This document shows, piece after piece, positions 29,245 to 44,178 of a stretch of DNA of 64,000 bases. This DNA is from the human T2T-CHM13v2.0 reference genome, Homo sapiens. The translations under genes were made by a program, and so were the position numbers. Under the pieces are notes generated by a model that had not been told where the DNA came from, made no database searches, and was given only the letters and a program-made list of their open reading frames with translations. The DNA lies in assembly GCF_009914755.1 (NCBI RefSeq), contig NC_060925.1, one strand, 5' to 3'. Position 1 is the stretch's first letter, and each line of letters starts with the position of its first letter.

Positions 29245-30759
29245 AGAAAGGGGAAAGTAGAAGTGGCCTTTCCGTCTTGGGTATTGTGGAAAAAAGGAAA
29301 GGAGAAGGTAGGGAGATAATGGGTTCTAATATCCCTTCTTCCACCTAAGCTGGTCAAGGCCACAGCAGATTAAAATTGGTGGATCAGTTTAGAGACAGAT
29401 AAAAGGCAGTTTTTAAACTTTTTAAGCTACTCTTTGTTTCTGGATGCCTTGGGAAGGACTGAGAAGTTCCTACAAGCCCCTAAGAGAGGACATGGCAAGT
29501 AGCTGAGTTGAGAACTGGTGGTCCTGAAACAGGGGCCTAATATGTAAAAAGCAGTTATAACAGCTGAGAAGCGGCCACCTGGGCCAGAATATAAAGGAAC
29601 ACAGAATAAAAATGCAGAAGAATCTTCAATATTAGTGAGGCCAAATTATGCAGGGAGCTCTACTAGCCTCTGACCCAGCTGAGAGATACCCAGCTACAAA
29701 TTACACTGACTGCAGACCCCAGGATGCTGTAAAGGCAAGCTGTACCCTGGAGGATGTGGTCGTTATTGTGGAAGTCAGAGGAAAGAGTACAAGGACACTG
29801 TAGTTTCTGAGGAAGTTTTCCTTTGTGGCCACAAGGCCACAGCCAGCCACACATTTTCCTGTCTTGGAGAGAAGCAAGGAAAGGATAGAGAGGAAATCTG
29901 ATACTGATTATTTTTATCTATAAAAATGAACATTTACTATTTAAGTTATTGTATCAGTTAACAACAGCATTAGGCAAAAACTTAAGGTTTATGTCACACT
30001 ACCCAGGCAATAGAGGCTAGTGAAGAAGATCAAATCAGTTACAGAGAAAATTAAACATTTTCTTTGCATATGTGAGTTGTAGTGTGAATGAAATTTACAG
30101 ACCCACTACACATGTATACTTACACTTTAAAAGTTTTATAATATATTCATCTTCTAAGCAAATAACTAAACTATGAAAATAAATAAACCACACTCTTTTT
30201 TAAACATGACTTTTAGAATACAGGGCTCACAAGCCACAAGGCAACATGTAATAATGATAGTAGGTGCTAAAATCCAGTGCTTTAAGCACTTTATGCTGGC
30301 CACTGTGAAGACAAGGGTAGACTTTTTCACACTAAAGAATGGATTGTTCACTTTGGGAAAAGAGCAGATATCAATTCTTTCCATAGACATTACAAATAAT
30401 TTTCCTTGAATTGTAGAAATAAGTAACATTCTTTAACTTTTGGGAAGTTTCAATCATTTCATTAGGCTCTTCATGAGTTTACAGACATTCGTTGGGTGAA
30501 GACAAGATTAAACAGGACCAGAATTTCTATTTCACATCAAGCCAATAATAATTTAAGAATATATTACATGTAAGATACTGTACAGGATCTAATAAGAAAG
30601 ACTCAATTTCTCTCTTAAAACAGTAAAACTGATGCTATAGGGAAGCAGACAATTATTGTTAAAGGAATGCTATGGATAAAGAAGATAATAAAAGTCCCAA
30701 GAAGGGAATGCATGCATCTTTAGCACTGAATATAGTCCTTTGCTCCTTTGCAACCAGTA

Positions 30760-31230
30760 AAGACTCAATTAACATATGTTGTTGAATAAATAAATGAGAC
30801 TCACTTATGAGGTAGAGACAAGATTTTCTGAATAAGGTTGAATGTGAACAGGATTTTAAAAGGCAGAAAGGATTTGGATATGAAAAATGAATGGGGGGGT
30901 CATTTGTAGGGGAAAGGTATATTTTCAAGGGATAGAAGTACAGGGTGTGTTTAATGAACAATGGTACAATTAGTTGAGATAGAAAAGGGACATCATGAGT
31001 TGTGGGCAATACTAAGGAGCTTCAATGGGAATTTTCCTGGACCAGTGACTTCAAAGCTAGCCTGAGGAGTTTGGACTATCTATTACCAACATCAAAGCAT
31101 TATAGAGACAATTGGCTGGGTAATGCGATCAAAGGCGTATTTCAGGACAGTGAAACTACTAGCACAAACGGCATGGGTTAGAGTAGCGAGAGATGGAAGA
31201 AGTAGAAACCAGTTACAAGGCTATTGCTAT
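30760..31230. mobile_element. L2 fragments
   Basis: tgttgaataaataaatga 3' tail plus purine-rich L2-like sequence. Confidence 0.5.
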
Positions 31231-31381
31231 GGTATGTTCAGTTCCTTTTATTGACCTTAAATTCCTTGAAGAGAGGAACCCTATTGCTGTCTTTTTGGCT
31301 CTTAACTGGACATCACAGGTACTAAATATATGTTCATTTATTCTTGACTTTGGGTATTGGTGGTGGAAATGGAAAGAAGGG

Positions 31382-31795
31382 TGTATTAGTTCATTCTCAC
31401 GTTGCTATTAAGAAATACCTGAGACTGGGTAATTTATAAAGAAAAGAGGTTTAATTGGCTCATGGTTCTGCAGGCTGTACAAGAAGTATAGTGGCTTCTG
31501 CTACTGGGGAGGCCTCAGGGAACTCCCAATCATGGCAGAAGGCAAAAGGGGAGTGAGGAGTCTTACATGACTGAAGCAGGAGCCGGGGGTGGGGGAAGTG
31601 CTACACACTTTTAAACAACAAGATCTCCTAAAAATTCACTCACTATTGCAAGGACAGCATCAAGGGAATGGTGCTAAACGATTCTTGCGAATCCGCCTCC
31701 ATGATCAAATCACCTCCCAAAGGGCCTTACCTCCCACATTGGGGATAATAATTCAACATGAGATTTGGGCAGGGACACAGATTCAAACCATATCA
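31382..31795 (-). mobile_element. MSTA-like solo LTR
   Basis: tgtattagt...aaaccatatca termini; exact 5-bp TSD aaggg. Confidence 0.93.
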
Positions 31796-32361
31796 AAGGG
31801 ATTCATTGATTTATTTGTTAAATAATCAGTAGGTAGGGGCAACTATATTCCTGGCACTGTAAGAGATGTTGCAAAAGATAATCAACAGGACTTAAGAGTA
31901 AGGAGAAAGAACACTTACGTTTTTGCATGTGTGGACATCAAATGTGGCATATCTGGTGAGAAGACTGTCATTTTCTGACTCTTTTAATCATTATAAGCCT
32001 TTGTTTCCTAAACCATCCCTCTTGGGGGAAACATAGGGTGTAGGTAATAACTTCACTGATAATATAATGTTTGGGTCGGATTCCATATCCAGCAGGGTCA
32101 CTGGGATCCAGCAACCAGTCTAGAAACTGTCTTTTCTTATCTGGGTTGGCCCAGGTAACTTGCAAGTTCTAATTGTCTACATTTGAGTTTTCTTGGTGTT
32201 TTACCCCCCAAGAAGTGCTCAATTTCTTGTTCCTTCTTCCATCTCAGAGACTTACCTTAGTCTGCCCACTGAGATGACCTTGTGACTCCTACCACAATTT
32301 CCACTGGGATCTCTTCTTCACCTGGATTATAATGACTTTATTAGACTCTGAAAAAGCCACG

Positions 32362-32658
32362 TTCTTTTTTTTTTTTTTTTGAGACGGAGTCTCATTCTGT
32401 CGCCCAGGCTGGGTGCAGTGGTATGATCTTGGCCCACTGCAACCTCCGTCTCCCAGTTCAAGCAATTCTCCTGCCTCAGCCTCCTGAGTAACTGGGACTA
32501 TAGGCACCCGCCACCACACCTGGCTAATTTTTTGTATTTTTAGTAGAGACGGGGTTTCACCATGTTAGCCAGGATGGTCTCGATCTCCTGACCTCGTGAT
32601 CAGCCCTCCTTGACCTCCCAAAGTGCTGGGATTACAGGCATGAGCCACTGTGCCCGGC
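32362..32658 (-). mobile_element. AluS (Sc-like)
   Basis: Full Alu; TSD aaaagcca(cg/ta)ttctt. Confidence 0.95.
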
Positions 32659-33065
32659 CAAAAGCCATATTCTTAAAATTCCTTATAATTTATCTGGGGC
32701 TTTACAGAAAGGTACTTAAGTGGGTTGGCAAAATCATACCTCAAAATATCCCTCCCCTCAGTAATCAGTCTGTGCCCCAGGTATGTAAATTCTTTTCTCC
32801 TCAGAGTAAGTTTCCTAATCTCCATATGCCACACACATTGGCTCCTTCTTTTTTGAAGAGTCTTATATTTCATGCAAATTGGATATGACAAACCAGGTAA
32901 GTATAATATATAGATTAGGTCTCTTTTTGGATACTTGCTTAACAAGTTATTAATAGTTAAATACAACATCCCTAGAAATAGATAATATTTTTGTTATCTG
33001 TTTTTTATTTCTGAAGAAACAGAATAATAAATGACTTCCCTAATATGACCAAATGACTAAAGTTT

Positions 33066-33569
33066 TATTGTTGTTGTTATGTTTTGTTTTTACTACTAGA
33101 AAAAAAAAAGCACAGGGCTTTATTATCCCCATAACAAAGGGTAGGTCTTCATAGGATGAGGGAGTGAGTTCTGTCAATGGGGAGGTGGCCCCCACTTGTT
33201 GGTGATGACTGAGTCCCTGCACAGGAAGAGCTTGGAGATGAAGTGGTCTTTGTTGGCTGGCTTGGACTTCTTCTTGCCCTTGCCACCGTTGCCCCCCTTG
33301 GGGACCTCAGTACACATCTCCTTCACATTCTCCAGCACCATGTTGCAGTGTCTACTCAAGGCCTTCGCAGCCCAGCAGCTTGTTGTTGTCAGTAGTTGGT
33401 GAGCACTTCAGTGTTGTTCTTGACTGACTGCGGAGCACAGAGTGGACCCTCCTCCCCGTGCTTCTGCATCTCCTCTGGGGACATGTCCCTCTGGGGTTTG
33501 TTGAGGAGGTTCAGGGTGGTTACTATGTTCTTGGTTCACTCCCATCTCCTCTGCGTTGCTTCTGTTTTT
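33066..33569 (-). pseudogene. SNRPD2: Processed pseudogene of SNRPD2 (snRNP Sm D2)
   Basis: Minus-strand peptides LLNKP..M.PEE.QK and [19 protein letters not shown]...[27 protein letters not shown] match Sm D2; intronless with 5' and 3' UTR-like flanks; AATAAA at 33119-33124; decayed A-tail; TSD ccaaatgacta(a/c)agttt at 33049 and 33570; ATG changed to CTG (33514), frameshifts, TAG changed to TGG. Confidence 0.96.
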
Positions 33570-33660
33570 CCAAATGACTACAGTTTATCAGTTATAAGCT
33601 TGACTACATAACACTGCTACTGCCTCTCCCCCCAATAACTCTGAGCACAGTCCCTGGCAA

Positions 33661-33862
33661 CATAATGTGCTGATAAATGCTTAATAACTGGCTGTCTGTG
33701 ATGGTGGGAGGCAGTGTTTGCAGCGTTTGCCAGTTTCCATGGTGTAAATTCTCCTAACATTCTTTCAAGCTACCCATGTGATGTCACTGAACTTGGAATT
33801 GGGAAGAGATGGGCGCAATCACCTCTTGCAGGCTGGTATGAGCCAGCTCCGGTATACCTCTG
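33661..33862. mobile_element. MER63A (hAT-Blackjack) MITE
   Basis: ttccatggtgtaaat...caagctacc...gtcactgaac...gggaagagatg; 8-bp TSD cctggca(a/c). Confidence 0.82.
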
Positions 33863-34244
33863 CCTGGCACCTAGTGTGAGTTTAGAATTTAATTATTCCT
33901 CTGTGAGCATTTGCCATGACAAATAACAACAGTCAAAAAACTTTGTTATAGCATATCTTATTTGGGGAGTCTTGGTTTTGATGCTAAAGCCAGTTTTAGG
34001 AGGCACGTACCTACACATTGCTAGTTGCCAGTTAATTATCTTGCAGAGCTAAAAGTTATTCATTTAGGCACAGACACTAAAACTTCATCCAGTTTTTCAA
34101 AATATGGACTTACTTTGTCAAGTAAGATGGTAGGTGGGAGAATACAAGATTGATTGCCTTTTAGATTCAAGCAGAAGTGAGGGTGAATATTAATATCAGG
34201 TGGCCACAGGGAAGGCCTGTATTCTAGAAAACTCTGGATTAGTT

Positions 34245-34390
34245 TAGAGGCTTGGGTTCTAGTCTCAATCCTGCCACAAACTAATTGTGAGACCATATCC
34301 ACTAAAGCCTGCTGGGTGTGAATTTCTTCATCTGAAAAAATGAGAGAGTTGGGCCAGATTATCTGTATGCTCCCTTACAGCTCCATCATT
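34245..34390 (+). mobile_element. MIR (MIR3-like)
   Basis: tgggttctagtctc...tttcttcatctgaaaaaatg core. Confidence 0.7.
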
Positions 34391-34738
34391 CGAATTGTAC
34401 AAATTAATATAGAAGATAATAATGAGAAGAGTTTTAAAATTATAAAACTTATATACAAATTATGGTAACATGTATACCCAAAATAAGCAGGGTCTTGAAG
34501 AGATATTTGTACACTCATGTTCATAGCAGCTTTATTCATAACACAGATAAGGTGGAAGAAACCCAAGTGTCCGTCAATGGATGAATGGGTAAACAAAATG
34601 TGGTATATACATGCCAGAGAATATTATTCAGCCTTACAAAGGAAGGAAATCTTGTCACATGCTACTACATGAATGCTAAGTGAAATACGACAGCCACAAA
34701 AGGATAAATGCTGCATAATTCCACTTATATGAGATAGA

Positions 34739-34862
34739 GGCCGGGCATGGTAGCTCACGCCTGTAATCCCAGCACTTTGGGAGGCCAAGGTGGGTGGATT
34801 GCTTGAGCCCAGGAGTTCAAGACTGGCCCGGGCAACATGGCAAAACTTCATCTCTACAAAAT

Positions 34863-34908
<46 letters not shown>
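34739..34908 (+). mobile_element. FLAM_C monomer followed by (TA)n, about 20 units
   Basis: Single Alu monomer, then a TA run at about 34868-34908. Confidence 0.85.
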
Positions 34909-34913
<5 letters not shown>

Positions 34914-35081
34914 GTAGTCAAATTCCTACAGACAGAAAGTAGAATGGTGATTGCCAGGGACTGGGGAGAGGGGAAAATATGGAATTGTTTAAAGAGTATA
35001 CAAAAGTTCCAGAGATGGATTACACAACAATGTGAATATACTTAACACCCCTGAACTGTACACTTAAAAATCGTTAAAACA

Positions 35082-35367
<286 letters not shown>

Positions 35368-35929
35368 TCACAATAAATAATTATAATAACAAAAGAAACA
35401 TGAGGGAATTTTGCGAATGTTTGTTAGTGTTCTTGGAGCTTTGCCAAATGTGGTTCCCCAAATAGCCCTCAGTAGGTGATAGTAGGGTTTTATAGTAAAA
35501 TCACGAGTGTAAATTAACATCTTGGGGATTTCCAATGAGGTTCTTCGGAGAAACCTGTTTATATTAGATGACAAAACATGGTATTCTGCATTTTTGAAAT
35601 TGTAGATTTGCTGAGATTCAGGCTAATTAAAATTATAAATATAAATTCCCTCTGATTAGCCTGTATTTAAAAAATTGATTCAAAGACAAACCAAAGTAAA
35701 TGATATAAATCCACTTGCAAATGACAAAGCACACATTTGCTTTGATTGGTCTTTTTCTGAATGTTCAAATGCAGGCATTTAACCCTGCCCATAGCTCACA
35801 AATTCCTGAGGGCAGCCCGGGCATATCACTGTGTTAGGCAGCCTGGCTCCTCAGAGGAGACACTTTCTATCTGACTTTTTCCACCTGTATATTCCCAGGT
35901 CTCCTCTCCTCTAACAAGATGCTGGATTT

Positions 35930-36248
35930 TTTTCTTTTCTTTTATTTTCTTTTTTTTTTGAGGCAGCGTCTTGCTCTTTTGCTCTGTCATTCAGGCTGGA
36001 GTGCAATGGCACATCTCGGCTCACTGCAACCTCCACCTCCCGAGTTCAAGTGATTCTTCTGCCTCAGCCTCCCATAGGCGCATACCGCCATGACTGGCTA
36101 ATTTTTGAATTTTTTTTTTTTTTTTTTGGTGGAGACAGACTTTCACCCTGTTAGACAGGCTGGCCGCAAACTCCTGGGCTCAAGCGATCTGCCCGCCTAG
36201 GCCTCCCAAAGTCCTGGGATTGCGGGAGTGAGCCAATGTGACAGGACC
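35930..36248 (-). mobile_element. AluJb
   Basis: TSD agatgctggattttt. Confidence 0.9.
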
Positions 36249-36989
36249 AGATGCTGGATTTTTAAGTAGCGTTAACATTGTCCTGAATTTTGCTCTTCAC
36301 TATCTTGCAAATTAAGGCAAGTAGGAAGGGGGCGTGGGTGACAATCCTCAACAGTTTGCTATTGGCTTTCTTTTCATGCCAGAAAAGCAGTGGATATACC
36401 AACATTTCAGATATTGACGTAAGGCCAAGGCCTTTCTTTTGAATATAGACTGACTGGTTAGAGTCCTATGTCATCTTTCTTGTACAAAACTGCATTCATA
36501 ATTCATTTTTTATTTCCAGTTTAAGTTCTTTAAACTACAACAAGAAATAAAAGACACTGTGAAGCAAAGCATTTTGCATGCAGAATTTATTCATATTTTC
36601 ATTTTTTCCTAACCTCTTATTGTTGTCCTACTGTCATATTCAAACTTAATTTTACAGATTTTTTTTTTTAGCAATTTGCCATTCTTGAGTATATGTAACA
36701 CTTTCAAATTTGTTTTCAAAGAAACAGGTCTTAATTTTAAATTTATATCAATTAGTTTTTCTAATCTTCACTTAAATGTTATAATTATAGAAATAAATCA
36801 ACTGGCATGACAGATTTGTTAACAAATTCAACTCAATGATCCTTGGTATATTTACAACATTCACAAAATTTACAAGTATATTTCTGATCTGGGCGTTGTA
36901 GAAATCTGTGTCTATAATAGAAAATTGCCTTCTCACCCAGCAGCAAGCAGCCAGCCTGCCTGCCTCTTCTGTTCTTTACTAACCCTTAT

Positions 36990-37338
36990 TGCCTAAATGA
37001 TCTCTTCCTAGTTCCATGGCTTTAAATGACATCTATATAATGCCACCTCCCACAATTGTGTCTTTAGCTGGGATCTCTCCAGAGAACTTCAGTCTCCCAT
37101 ATTCAATGTGCAACTCTACATTTCCATTTAGAAACCTGGCAGGCACTTCAAATTTAGCACGTTCAAATAAAATTCATTCTACCTCTCTCAAACTTGTCCC
37201 TCTCCTTTCTTTCCCGTATTGTAAAATGCAACTCTATTTTTCTAGTTGTTTAGGTTAATAACCTATTACTCATTGCACTTGATCTAGAAGTATATTCTCC
37301 CAACTTTACTTCTGAATTATACCTCAAATCTAACACTT
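36990..37338 (+). mobile_element. L2 fragment
   Basis: ccatggctttaaatgacatctata...ggcacttcaaatttagc. Confidence 0.7.
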
Positions 37339-37339
37339 G

Positions 37340-37752
<413 letters not shown>

Positions 37753-37936
37753 TTACATTAAGCAAAACTGAAATTCTGTACTCATTCACCTCCATTCCCT
37801 TCTCCCTCTAGCTCCCATCCTACTGGAGGTACCTTATATAAAGGGAAACATACAATATTTGCCCTTTTATGACTGGCCTGCTTCAGGTAGCATGACGTCC
37901 TCAAGGTTTATCCATGTTGTAGCATGTGTAAGAATT

Positions 37937-38241
<305 letters not shown>

Positions 38242-38504
38242 CTTCCTTTTTAAGACTGAATAATATTCTATTGTATGTATATACCACATTTTGTTCACAC
38301 ATTCATTTGTTGAATATGTGGGTTGCTTCCACCTTGGCTATTGTGAATAATGCTGCTATAAACATGATGTACAAATATCTGTTTGGGACTCTGCTTTCAG
38401 TCCCTTTGGGTATATACTCAGAAGTAAAATTGTTAAATCATATACTACATTTTTAATTTTTTGTGGAACTGCCATAGTGTTTGCTACAGTGGCTACACCC
38501 TTTT

Positions 38505-38943
38505 ACTTTTAATTTTTAATTTTATTTTTCCAACTTTTAGACTCAGGAAGTACATGTGCATGTTTGTTACAAAGGTATATTGAGTGCTGCTGAGGTTTCG
38601 GATACAATAGAACCTATCACCCAGTAGGCATAGTACCCAGTAAGTAGTTTTTCAGTCCTTATCCTCCTCCCTCTAGTAGTCTCCAGTATCTATTGTTCCC
38701 ATCTGTATGTCTGTGTTTACCCAATGTTTAGCTTCTATTTATAAGTGAGAACACGTGATATTTGGTTTTCTGTTTCTGTGTTAGTTTGCTTAGGATAATG
38801 GCCTCCAGTTGCATCTATGTTGCTGCAGAAGACATTATTTTGGTTTTTTTTCTGGCTACATAGTATTCCACAGTGTATGTGTACATTTTCTTTATCCAAC
38901 CCATGTTAATGAGCACCTGGGTTGATTCCATGCCTTTGCTATT
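38505..38943 (-). mobile_element. 5'-truncated L1PA15/16-like 3' end nested in L1MB
   Basis: gtacatgtgcatgtttgttac...gcttaggataatggcctccag; degenerate TSD ggctacacccttt / ggttataccattt. Confidence 0.85.
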
Positions 38944-39954
38944 GGTTATACCATTTACATTCCCATCAACAGTACACAAGGGTTCCATTTTTTCCATAAC
39001 CTTGCCTACCCTTGTTATTTTCTGGGTTTTTTTTTTTTTTTGGCTGGGGGGGTTGGTGGTAGATAGTAGCCATCCTAATGGGTGTGAAGTGGTATCTCAT
39101 TGTGGTTTTGATTTGCATTTCCCTAATGATTAGTGATAATATCTTTTCATGTACTTACTGTCATTTATATATCTTCTTTAAATAAATGTTGGTTCAAGTC
39201 CTTTGCCCATTTTTTAATCAAGCTGTTTGTGTTTTTGTTGTTGAGATGTAGTTCTTTACATAGCCTGGATATTAATCCTTATGAGATACATGATTTACAA
39301 ATATTTTCTCCCATTCTGTAAGTTTCCTCTTCACTCTGTTGATTGTGTCCTTTGATGCACAGAAGTTTCAAATTTTGATGTAGAAAAGTCATATATTCTT
39401 TTAATTGCTTAATACTATCTCATAGATCAGTGTGGTCTATGGATTGCAAATCAAACAACCAAAAAAGAATATTGGGTTCTTCTCTACCTTTTCTTCAGAA
39501 CTAATTTGACAATAACATTGGACATATCACAAATGACCATCTATGATTCTTTTCTCACCAATAAAATATATGATGTCTTCATAGAAGATAAATTATAAAA
39601 TATTTTCTGTGTATTTTAAAAGAAAAAAACCCTTCAGAGTAAAGTTTACCTTATCTTTACTATGTTTTCCAAGCAGGTATGATTTCACAGCTATTTAAGT
39701 AGTTAACAGAAATCTAATATTCTGAATCTATCTCTAAAACTTTCTGAAGGTGGTGGTGAGTACTGTCAATCCCTTGCTGTCACATGATATAATAAGATAG
39801 ATTCACTTTGTTGCCAAAATAGATGCATCAACATTGTTTTGATGGGTAAAGCTATTAACAACATCCATTCTCTAATATCAGATCATTTCCCCACCTACAA
39901 TTCCATCAGAATCTATTGGCTTGCTGATGGCTAACACTGTCAGATTTTCCATTA

Positions 39955-40435
<481 letters not shown>

Positions 40436-41719
40436 ACAAATTTTATTATACTGTCAAATTTTATCATACTAGATATTTGCATATTTTCTCTGCTTATAAA
40501 ATTACTGAGAAGCATCACAGCAGAATTCCAATTCTCTAAATATGGTGTAGCTATCATTATGTTAGACTGATAACATGATGACCAAAGCTGTGAGAACTGC
40601 CATCTTTGTTACAGGGTCAGAGAAGTTTCCAGAACATGCATTAAGTAAATAAAGTGTAAATAGATCTTTTCCTTGTGGAAAATTCCACTGGGATGGTGAC
40701 TTGTACACATTGTGTCACCTCTTTCCAAAACTATGATTTTATTCATTATTAAAGTGATTACTTTAAAACCATTATTTGCATCAGGCAGTCAGACTGACTT
40801 ACTCCAACAATTGAGTTCTCCAAACCAGAGCAAGCAATACACGGTGTTTTTTTATTTTTTTGAATCATGTTCCAAAATGAATGTCTAAGTTCCATATCTG
40901 ATGATAATCAGATGGAGCTAAGTGTGGTTGGGTGGGGAAGAAAAAGGCTAGAAACTGGACTTACCTCCATGCCCTGAATTATACTTTTGCTATAGTTCAA
41001 CAAAGACTCTGCCTGTTGAAGAAGCAACTGATGGGAGAGAATATGTTTGGAAAGCAGTAAAAGAGTAAAAGATTACAAATTTTTAGAAATCTTGGCTTGA
41101 CCACTTATTAGTTATGTCAATTTAAGCAAGTTATTAAACCCTTCTAAACCTTATTTTCCTCATGAGTAAAATGATAATTCATTTACTTATTCATTCATTT
41201 ACTTAACAGAATTGAGGGTGGGGAGATGTTTACTGTGTACAGGAGTGTCTTGAGTGAAGCCACTTTTTCTTTTCTTAGCATTTAGAGCTCCTAATCCCAG
41301 GAAACAGAGAAAGGCAGACATGCATGTATACACACAGTTCAAGTCTTCCAGGGAGAGTACAGTTAAGTTAAATATGAAACTTGTTGCTATACATAATCTT
41401 TTTGCCCAAGTGACACTGATACACTTTTTTCCATAACCTTCCACTTTAGATTTTTAATGCTGGAAAGGGGATAGTATATGAATTACGGAATGAACTTTTA
41501 AGTCCACCTGACACAGATTCAAGTACCAGTACCAGTGTAATAAAGCAATGTGAGTTGCTATTGCAGATCAACCTCAAATTTTCAGTGGTTTAATACAATC
41601 AAAGCACCAGCTTCTGTACTAGGCCCTGGAGCATATTAGTGAGCAGGACACATACATCCCTATTCTCCAGTGAAATAATAATAACATGTATAAGGCTCAG
41701 TACAAAAGTAAATATAATG

Positions 41720-41946
41720 GCAATAATTGTTAGCAGTTATTGAGTGCTCTCCATGTGGCAATTTTAAGCATTTTATGAAAATAGTTTTTCAACCTCACAC
41801 TAATCTTTTGAGAAGAGTACTCTAATTACCCTCTTTTAGCAGATGTGGAAACTGAGGCAGACAATGGTTAAGTAACTTGCAGAAGTAATAAGTGGGAGAC
41901 CTGGGATTTGAACCCAAGTGATTTAGCTCCCAAACCTGTTTGCTTA
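41720..41946 (-). mobile_element. MIR (MIRb-like)
   Basis: tattgagtgct...cagatgtggaaactgaggcag...gggatttgaacccaag. Confidence 0.85.
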
Positions 41947-41954
41947 CCTATGCT

Positions 41955-42135
41955 CAGGGTCAGACCCACAGGCATGTGACCTGTACAGTCACACAGGGCT
42001 CTATGCTTAGAAGGGCTCTGCACTTAGCTTAATGCTTTGCGGCTGCTGCCATCTTAAGCTTTTGAATATTTTTTGAACACAGGGCTCTGCATTTCCATTT
42101 TGCACTGGGTTCTGCAAATTATATAGCTGGTCCTG
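41955..42135. mobile_element. MER45A (hAT-Tip100) MITE
   Basis: cagggtcag...gctggtcctg termini; 8-bp TSD (c/a)ctatgct. Confidence 0.85.
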
Positions 42136-42329
42136 ACTATGCTATGCTATCACAGCAAAAGAAAAATCAGGCATTTCAAAAAGAGCATGGAAGTTGTCAA
42201 CTTTCAAAACTGTTCAGAAATTATTTTATTTGTTTAGTCAAATATTTTCTAATCCGTAACGTGCCATGAACAACAAAGGGCACAACCATCAAAAGATTAC
42301 CTCTGTGTAGGCCCCAGGCCAAAATGGTA

Positions 42330-42525
42330 TGCTTTACAACTTACCAGAATCTCTCATTTGATCTTCCACAGCAACCTTATATTAAAGGCAGCTTATATAT
42401 TCTCATTTTACAGATGTGGAATTTGAAGCTTACGTGATTTGCCCAAGGTCACATTGCTGTTTAAAGTAAAATAGAGATTAGATTGCAGAAGGTTTGACTC
42501 ATGGTTGGGACCTTTCCCACTACTC
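42330..42525 (-). mobile_element. MIR
   Basis: ctcattttacagatgtggaa...gtgatttgcccaaggtcac. Confidence 0.75.
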
Positions 42526-43467
42526 TTTGTGGCTTCTAATTCTTGAAATGTTATTATTGAGAGCACTCAATAACTGTTAACAATTATTGCCATTATTTTT
42601 ATTTTTGTACTGAGCCTTATGAGATATGTGTTGTTATTATTTCACTGGAGAATAGGGATGTACGTGTCTTGCTTGCTAAAGAGCTAATGCAGCTTTATGA
42701 ACAAGCAAACTATAGAGAAGTTTGATCTGCCGACAATGTTATAGTAATTCTCATTATGAAGATTTGGGTTTTACGGTACTTTGGCTCAAAGCCTGAGATG
42801 ATGTCGTTTTTAATGATTCAAGGCATCTACAAAAGTTAAACCTCTTAACCACAGCTGACTGGGTAAAATGCATCGAACAGGCTTACTTTTGTAATAAAAC
42901 AATCCATGTTATGGCATCTGAAAGGGCAGGTTTTCAGAGACTGGCTCAGGAGGGTGGCTTAAGAAATGTGATTAAATAAGAATTGCCAACCAGTTATTAC
43001 CTAGGTGGCTGCTGGGAGGGGTTGAGTGACATGGGAGAGACAGCTTGAGGTTCTCAGAGCATCCTCCCTAGTGAGTTCCTGCCCAGGATGTTCGGGGCTG
43101 ATGCTGTGAAACTGGAGTCTAGGAGTTAGGCTTGAGCCTGTGACCATAGGATCAAATGTGAACAGGAGGATCTTGGACAAAGTCATTTCTTAGGTAAGCT
43201 GAAGGACTTAGAGTTCCCACTTCCAGGATATATGGAATGGCACACATGCGTTGTGGAGACACACAGACATTCAGGCTTCCAGGGAGAGTACAATTAAGTA
43301 AAATGTGAAACCTGATTCTGTACATTCTTATTGTCCCAGTGAATCAGACACTTTTTTTTTTTCATAAATTTTTACTTTGGGCTTTTATTGTTGGAGACAG
43401 TATAGGATTGCTGCTGGAAATATGGCTCTTTGAGTTAGTCTGACACAGCTTCAAGGACCAGCACCAG

Positions 43468-44178
<711 letters not shown>

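Noticed and set aside
33174-33359. 61-aa Sm-like ORF as a functional microprotein
   Set aside because: It starts at a non-ATG codon after frameshifts and lacks the N-terminal half of the Sm fold and the C-terminal strand
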